From positions 2,480,001-2,544,000 of the forward strand of contig JBNRSN020000089.1 of NCBI GenBank assembly GCA_051313645.2: 64,000 bases of DNA, in the 5' to 3' direction. Shown one piece after another: positions 1 through 8,131 of the stretch; position 1 is the first letter of the stretch; each line of letters opens with the position of its first letter. The position numbers and the translations under genes were made by a program. Source of the stretch: Centroscyllium fabricii. Lineage: Eukaryota. The notes below the pieces were generated by a model. It searched no databases. It saw only the letters and a list, made by a program, of their open reading frames with translations, and was not told the DNA's origin.

Positions 1-3000
1 TATCCATCTGTGTACAATACATCAGAGAATGTCCATCTGTGAACAGTAAATCAGAAAATATCCATCTGTAAACAATACATCAGACAATGTCCATCTGTGT
101 ACAATACATCAGGCAATATCCATCTGTGTACAATATATCAGACAATATCCATCCGTGTACAGTATATCAGACAATGTCCATCTGTGTACAATATATCAGA
201 CAATATCCATCTGTGTACAATACATCAGACAATGTCCATCTGTGAACAATACATCAGACAATATCCATCTGTGTACAATACATCAGACAATGTCCATTTG
301 TGTACAGTACATCAGACAATTTCCATCTGTTTACCGTACATCAGACAATGTCCTTCTGTGTACAATACATCAGACAATGTCCATCTGTGAACAGTACATC
401 AGACAATAACCATCTGAGAGCAAAACATCAGACAATATCCATCTGTGTACAATACATCAGACAATGTCCATTTGTACAATACATCAGACAATGTCCATCT
501 GTGTGCAATATATCAGACATTATCCATCTGTGTACAATATATCAGACAATGTCCACCTGTGAACAATACATCAGACAATATCCATCTATGAACAATATAT
601 CAGACAATGTCCATCTGTGTACAATACCTCAGACAATATCCATCTGTGTACAATACATCAGACAATATCCATCTCTGTACATTACATCAGACAATGTCCA
701 TCTGTGTACAATACATCAGACAATATCCATCTGTGTACAATACATCAGACAATGTCCATCTGTGAACAATACATCAGACAATGTCCATCTGTGTAGAATA
801 CATCAGACAATGTCCACCTGTGTACAATACATCCGACAATGTCCATCTGTGTACAATACGTCAGACAATGTCCGTCTGTGTAGAATACATGATACAATAT
901 CCATCTCTGAACAATACATCAGACAATGTCCATCTGTGTACAATACATCAGACAATATCCATCTGTGTACAATACATCAGACAATGTCCATCTGTGTACA
1001 ATACGTCAGACAATGTCCATCTGTGAACAATACATCAGACAATATCCATCTGTGAACAATACATCAGACAATATCCATCTGTGTACAATACACCAGACAA
1101 TGGCCATCTGTACAATACATCAGACAATGTCCATCTGTGTACAATACGTCAGACAATGTCCATCTGTGAACAATACATCAGACAATATCCATCTGTGAAC
1201 AATACATCATACATTATCCATCTGTATACAATACATCAGACAATGCCCATCTGTGAACAATACATCAGACAATATCCATCTATGAACAATACATCAGACA
1301 ATGTCCATCTGTGTACAATACATCAGACATTGTTCATCTGTAGAATACATCGGACAATGTCCATCTGTGTACAATATATCAGACATTATCCATCTGTGTA
1401 CAATACATCAGACAATGTCCATCTGTGAACAATAAATCAGAAAATATCCATCTGTAAACAATACATCAGACAATGTCCATCTGTGTACAATACATCCGAC
1501 AATATCCATCTGTGTACAATATATCAGAAAATATCCATCTGTGTACAGTATATCAGACATTGTCCATCTGTGTACAATACATCAGACAATATCCATCTGT
1601 GATCAATACATCAGACAATGTCCATCTGTGAACAATTCATCAGACAATATCCATCTGTGTACAATGCATCAGACAATGTCCATTTGTGTACAGTACATCA
1701 GACAATATCCATCTGTTTACAGTACATCAGACAATGTCCTTCTGTGTACAATACATCAGACAATGTCCATCTGTGAACAATACATCAGACAATATCCATC
1801 TGTGAGCAATAAATCAGACAATATCCATCTGTGTACAATACATCAGACAATGTCCATCTGTACAATACATCAGACAATGTCCATCTGTGTGCAATATATC
1901 AGACATTATCCATCTGTGTACAATACATCAGACAATGTCCACCTGTGAACAATACATCAGACAATATCTATCTATGAACAATATATCAGACAATGTCCAT
2001 CTGTGTACAATACATCAGACAATATCCATCTGTGTACAATACATCAGACAATATCCTTCTGTGTACAGTACATCAGACAATGTCCATCTGTGTACAATAC
2101 ATCAGACAATATCCATCTGTGTACAATACATCAGACAATGTCCATCTGTGAACAATACATCAGACAATATCCTTCTGTGAACAATACATCAGGCAATATC
2201 CATCTGTGTACAATATATCAGACAATGGCCATCTGTACAATACATCAGACAATGTCCATCTGTGTACAATACATCAGACATTATACATCTGTATACAATA
2301 CATCAGACAATGTCCATCTGTGAACAATACATCAGACAATATCCATCTATGAACAATACATCAGACAACATCCATCTGTGTACAGTACTTCAGACAATGT
2401 CCATCTGTGTACAATACATCAGACAACATTCTTCTGTGTACAGTACTTAGACAATGTCCATCTGTGTACAATACATCAGACAATATCCATCTGTGTACAA
2501 TATATCAGACAATGTCCATCTGTGAACAATACATCAGACAATGTCCATCTGTGTAAAATACCTGAGACAATGTCCATCTGTGCACATTACATCAGACAAT
2601 GTCCATCTGTGTATAGTACGTCAGACAATGTCCTTATTTTAACAGTACATCAGACTATGTCCATCTGTGTACAATAAATCAGACACTGTCCATCTGTGTA
2701 CAATACATCAGAAAATGTCCACCTGTGAACAATACATAAGAAAATATCCATCTGTGTACAGTACATCAGATTATGTCCATCTGTGTACAATACATCAGAA
2801 AATGTCCATCTGTGAACAATACATAAGACATTATCCATCTGTGTACAATACATCAGACATTATCCATCTGTGTACAATACATCAGAAAATGTCCATCTGT
2901 GAACAATACATAAGACATTATCCATCAGTGTACAATACATCAGATATTATCTACCTGTGAACAATACATCAGACAATGTCCATCTGTGTACAATACATCA

Positions 3001-5844
3001 GACAAATGTCCATCTGTGTACAATACATCAGACAATATCCATCTGTGTAAAATACATCAGACAATGTCCATCTTTGTCGAAAACATCAGACAATATCCAT
3101 CTGTGAACAATACATCAGAAAATGTGCAACTGTGCACAATACATAAGACATTATCAATCTGTGTACAATACATCAGACATTATCCATCAGTGTACAATAC
3201 ATCAGACAATATCCATCTGTGAATAATACATCAGAAAATGTCCATCTGTGTACAATACATCAGACATTATCCATCTGTGAACAATACATCAGAAAATAAC
3301 CATCTGTGTACAATACATCAGACAATATCCATCTGTGTACAATACATCAGTAAATGTCCATCTGTGTATAATACATCAGACAATATCCATCTGTGTACAA
3401 TACATCAGACATTATCCATCTGTGAGCAATACATCAGACATTATCCATTTGTGTACAATACATCAGACATGGTCCATCTGTGAACAATACATCAATCATT
3501 ATCCATCTGTGTACAATCCATCAGACAACATCCATCTGTGTACAATACATCAGAGAATGTCCATCTGTGTACAGTACATCAGACAATATCTATCTGTGAA
3601 CAATATATCAGACAATGTCCATCTGTGTACAATACATCAGACAATATCCATCTGTGTACATTACATCAGACAATGTCAATCTGTGAACAATACATCAGAC
3701 AATGTCCATCTGTGTACAATACATCAGACAATGTCCATCTGTGTACAATACATCAGACAATATGCATCTGTGTACAATATATCGGACAATGTCCATCTGT
3801 GTACAATACATCAGACAATTTCCATCTGTGAACAATACAACAGACAATTTCCATCTGTGTACAATACATCAGACAATGTCCATCTGTGCACAATACATCA
3901 GACAATGTCCATCTGTGAACAATGCATCAGACAATGTACATCTATGTACAATACATCAGACATTGCCCATCTGTGTACAATATATCAGACATTATCCATC
4001 TGTGTACAATACATCAGAAAATGTCCATCTGTGTACAATGCATCAGACAATGTCCATCTGTGAACAATACATCAGACAATACCCATCGTGTAGAAAACAT
4101 CAGACATTGTCAATCTGTGTACAATACATCAGACAATATCCATCTGTGTACAATACATCAGACATTGTCCGTCTGTGTACAATACATCAGACAATGTCCA
4201 TCTGTGAACAATACATCAGACAATGTCCATCTGTGTACAATACATCAGACAATGTCCATCTGTGAACAATACATCAGAAAATATCCATCTGTGTACAATA
4301 CATCAGACAATGCCCATCTGTGAACAATACCTAAGACAATGTCCATCTGTGAACAATACATCAGATTTTGTCCATCTGTGTACAATACATCAGACATTGT
4401 CCATCTGTGTACAATAAATGAGACATTGTCCATCTGTGTACAATACATCAGAAAATATCCATCTGTGTACAATACATCCGACAATGTCCATCTATGAACA
4501 ATACATCAGACAATGTCCATCTTTGAACAATACATCAGACAATGTCCATCTGTGTACAATACATCAGACAATGTCCATCTGTGTACAATACATCAGACAT
4601 TATGCATCTGTGTACAATACATCAGACAATGTCCATCTGTGTACAATACATCAGACAATGTCCATCTGTGCACAATACATGAGACAATATCCATCTGTGA
4701 ACAATAAATCAGACAATGTCCATCTGTGTACAATACATCAGAAAATGTCCATCTGTGAACAATCCATTAGACAATATCCATCTTTGTACAGTACATCAGA
4801 GAAAGTCCATCTGTGTACAATACATCAGACAATGTCCATCTGTGAACAAAACATCAGACAATATCCATCTCTGAACAATACATCAGAGGATGTCCATCTG
4901 TGTACAATACACCAGACAATATCCATCTGTGTACAATATATCAGACATTATCCATCTTTATACAATACATCAGACATTATCCATCTGTGTACAATACATC
5001 AGACAATATCCATCTGTGAACAATACATCAGACAATGTCCATCTGTGTACAATACATCAGACAATGTCCAACTGTGTACAAAACTTAAGACAATGCCCAT
5101 CTAGAGTGCAATACATCAGACCATGTCCATTTGTGTACAATACGTCAGACAATGCCCATCTGTGAACAATACATCAGACAATATCCATCTGTGAACAATA
5201 CATCAGACAATATCCATCTGTGTACAATACATCAGATATTGTCCATCTGTACAATACATCGAACAATGTCCATCTGTGTACAATACATCAGACATTATCC
5301 ATCTGTGTACAATAGATCAGACAATGTCCATCTGTGAACAATAAATCAGACAATATCCATCTGTAAACAATACATCAGACAATGTCCATCTGTGTACAAT
5401 ACAACAGACAATATCCATCTGTGTACAATATATTAGACAATATCCATCTGTGTACAGTATATCAGACAATGTCCATCTGTGTACAAAACATCAGACAATA
5501 TCCGTCTGTGTACAATACATCAGACAATGGCCATCTGTGAACAATTCATCAGACAATATCCATCTGTGTACAATATATCAGACAATGTCCATTTGTGTAC
5601 AGTACATCAGAAAATGTCCATCTGTTTACAGTACATCAGACAATGTCCTTCTGTGTACAATACATCAGACAATGTCCATCTGTGAACAATACATCAGACA
5701 ATATCCATCTGTGAGCAATACATCAGACAATATCCATCTGTGTACAATACATCAGACAATGTCCATCTGTACAATACATCAGACAATGTCCATCTTTGTG
5801 CAATATATCAGACATTATCCATCTGTGTACAATACATCAGACAA
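1..5844. repeat. 29-bp tandem satellite, left arm (continues off the window edge)
   Basis: Continuous tandem copies of ACAATACATCAGACAATGTCCATCTGTGT with recurrent variants (ATG/ATA, GTAC/GAAC, and 27-, 28- and 30-bp indel monomers). Ends at ...CAGACAA where non-satellite sequence begins. Confidence 0.99.
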
Positions 5845-6706
5845 ACAGCAGCAGAGAGGCCAGCGCGGGCTATTTAAAAAAGCCAGGACAGCGTGGAGGT
5901 CAGCGCGGGCTATTTAAAAGAAAGCCTGAAAGCGCTTGGAAAAGAACAGCAGCAGAGAGGCCAGCGCGGGCTATTTAAAAAAGCCAGAACAGCGTGGAGG
6001 TCAGCGCGGGCTATTTAAAAGAAAGCCTGAAAGCGCTTGGAAAAGAACAGCAGCAGAGAGGCCAGCGCGGGCTATTTAAAAAAGCCAGGACAGCGTGGAG
6101 GTCAGCGCGGGCTATTTAAAAGAAAGCCTGAAAGCGCTTGGAAAAGAACAGCAGCAGAGAGGCCAGCGCGGGCTATTTAAAAAAGCCAGGACAGCGTGGA
6201 GGTCAGCGCGGGCTATTTAAAAGAAAGCCTGAAAGCGCTTGGAAAAGAACAGCAGCAGAGAGGCCAGCGCGGGCTATTTAAAAAAGCCAGAACAGCGTGG
6301 AGGTCAGCGCGGGCTATTTAAAAGAAAGCCTGAAAGCGCTTGGAAAAGAACAGCAGCAGAGAGGCCAGCGCGGGCTATTTAAAAAAGCCAGAACAGCGTG
6401 GAGGTCAGCGCGGGCTATTTAAAAGAAAGCCTGAAAGCGCTTGGAAAAGAACAGCAGCAGAGAGGCCAGCGCGGGCTATTTAAAAAAGCCAGAACAGCGT
6501 GGAGGTCAGCGCGGGCTATTTAAAAGAAAGCCTGAAAGCGCTTGGAAAAGAACAGCAGCAGAGAGGCCAGCGCGGGCTATTTAAAAAAGCCAGAACAGCG
6601 TGGAGGTCAGCGCGGGCTATTTAAAAGAAAGCCTGAAAGCGCTTGGAAAAGAACAGCAGCAGAGAGGCCAGCGCGGGCTATTTAAAAAAGCCAGAACAGC
6701 GTGGAG
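5844..6706 (+). repeat. 101-bp tandem monomers (8 full plus a 55-bp partial) forming the 5' end of the LINE
   Basis: Units start at 5844, 5945, 6046, 6147, 6248, 6349, 6450, 6551 and 6652. They are identical except for one G/A site (GCCAGGACAG vs GCCAGAACAG; order G,A,G,G,A,A,A,A,A). Each unit is itself two related subunits of 40 and 61 bp. Confidence 0.97.
5861..6688 (+). promoter_or_regulatory. Putative multimeric Pol II promoter: 17 copies of CAGCGCGGGC-TATTTAAAA
   Basis: A GC-rich element directly abuts a TATA-like TATTTAAAA twice per 101-bp unit (first at 5871 and 5911). There are 6 intact CpG per unit. The position at the 5' end of a LINE fits a promoter, but function is inferred and untested. 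Confidence 0.55.
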
Positions 6707-6852
6707 TCGTGGAGCAGCCCTGTGGGCAAGCAGAACTCTGGACTGGGGACACTTAAGGGGGGATTGAAACAGGAAGGGGAGGGGACGGGTAACAGGAAGG
6801 GGAGGGGCCTTTATACTGGTATTGGTATATAGGGAAAGCAGAGGCTAAACCC

Positions 6853-6875
6853 GAGTCACTACATGGTAGTGACTC
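6853..6875 (+). other. Perfect 10-bp hairpin in the unique 5' UTR
   Basis: GAGTCACTAC-ATG-GTAGTGACTC; the two arms are exact reverse complements. Confidence 0.8.
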
Positions 6876-6947
6876 CCACCCTTCCTCCTCCTCTAACCTT
6901 TAGGGGTGAACTTTAGAAGTTTAAGACAGACTAAGGTAGGACTTTAA

Positions 6948-7967
6948 ATGCAGTATTTCATGGGAACTGTGAGGGGATGGATGAGAAAAATGGGAAGATG
7001 CTCCTCCTGCAAAATGTTCCAAGGGGGGAGGGGGAAGGGGAGCCAGGCTGGAAGAATTTGTAAAAAATGCAACCAGCTACAGCGCCTTATAGTAAGAGTA
7101 AGGGGGCTGGAACAGGACCTGAAGAAACTCAAGGTCCAGAGGAAGGCAGAGGAGAAACAGGTCCAGGATGGGGAAAGGGGAAGGAACCTGGAGGAACCTA
7201 AAAACATTAAAGAGGCAGAGGGAGGCACAAAGCAACCAGGGGAGACGGTACATACACCCATGCAGAAGGGCAGGCAGGAGTCGGAGAGAAGGGAGGGGGA
7301 GGATGGGGCGAGGCCCCCAGGGGACAGTCACCCCGGCAACAGGGATACAGTCCTGAACCATGAAGTGGGGGAAGATCGAGCAGGGGGAGACCGAGAGGAG
7401 GAGAACTCGGTGACCAGACCAGAAGAGGTGGTACAAAAAGAAGGAGGGGGAAGGCTGAGAGCAATAGTGATGGGCGATTCAATGGTGAGTAGGATGGAAA
7501 CGAGGTTTTGTGGGAGCAAAAGGGACTCGAGGATGGTTTGTTGCTTCCCAGGGGCTAAGGTCAAAGACATCTCGGACCGTGTTGACGGCACTCTAAACGG
7601 GGAGAGCAAACAGGTACAGGTCGTGGTACACATAGGTACGAACGACATAGGGAGGAAAAAAGAGGAAGACATTAAGAGGGAATTTAAGGAACTCGGAAGG
7701 AAACTGAGAGGCAAAACAAATCATGCCACAATTTCTGGGATCCTACCAGTGCCACGGGAGGGGGGGAGGAAAAATGAAAAAAGAAAGCGAATAAACGCGT
7801 GGCTACAAGATTGGTGCGTAAGGGAGGGCATGAGATTCGTGGACAATTGGGGATCGTTCTGGGGAAAGTGGGATCGGTATGATGTGGACGGCATGCACCT
7901 GAACCGAAGGGGCATCAGCATTCTGGGTGGGAAACTCGCTTCGGCCATAAAGGGGGATTTAAACTAA
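6948..7967 (+). CDS. CR1 ORF1 protein: zinc finger, coiled coil and SGNH/GDSL esterase domain (339 aa)
   Basis: CSSC-X16-CKKC (6999-7070) followed by the heptad-like LQRLIVRVRGLEQDLKKL, a charged low-complexity linker, and SGNH blocks GDS, PGA, HIGTND and DGMH. This architecture is established for vertebrate CR1 ORF1. The true start may be one of the nearby downstream Met codons. Confidence 0.93.
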   Translation: MQYFMGTVRGWMRKMGRCSSCKMFQGGRGKGSQAGRICKKCNQLQRLIVRVRGLEQDLKKLKVQRKAEEKQVQDGERGRNLEEPKNIKEAEGGTKQPGETVHTPMQKGRQESERREGEDGARPPGDSHPGNRDTVLNHEVGEDRAGGDREEENSVTRPEEVVQKEGGGRLRAIVMGDSMVSRMETRFCGSKRDSRMVCCFPGAKVKDISDRVDGTLNGESKQVQVVVHIGTNDIGRKKEEDIKREFKELGRKLRGKTNHATISGILPVPREGGRKNEKRKRINAWLQDWCVREGMRFVDNWGSFWGKWDRYDVDGMHLNRRGISILGGKLASAIKGDLN

Positions 7968-7997
7968 TTGGCCAGGGGGATAGGGAAACGGGCAGGG
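7958..7997 (+). other. Candidate -1 ribosomal frameshift signal: T_TTA_AAC slippery heptamer, stop codon, G-quadruplex motif
   Basis: ORF1 ends GAT TTA AAC TAA, so 7958-7964 is X_XXY_YYZ in the correct phase. The ORF2 frame is -1 relative to ORF1 and open from 7883. GGGGG-ATA-GGG-AAAC-GGG-CA-GGG lies at 7975-7997. Confidence 0.65.
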
Positions 7998-8131
7998 AAA
8001 CAGAGGGGAGACCGGGGAACAACGAGAAAAAAGGGGGAGAACCAAGGGCAAAGGAAAGGGAAAGGGGTCTGAAATGCGCCTACTTCAATGCAAGAAGTAT
8101 AAGGAACAAGGCAGGGGAGTTAGGGGCATGG

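Noticed and set aside
5844-6706. LTR or terminal repeat interpretation of the 101-bp array
   Set aside because: There is no copy at the 3' end, no PBS/PPT and no integrase; the element ends in a CR1-type microsatellite tail.
6876-6941. Splice signals in the 5' UTR (pyrimidine tract, CTAAC, TTTAG/G, AAG/GTAGG)
   Set aside because: The branch-point-like CTAAC lies after the pyrimidine tract and too close to the AG. There is no transcript evidence and such short motifs arise by chance.
6870-6945. HDV-like ribozyme (TCCCACC ... CTAA-GGTAGGA resembles P2 and J4/2)
   Set aside because: I could not build P1, P3 or P1.1, and the putative P2 has a mismatch. Kept only as a generic structured-UTR finding.
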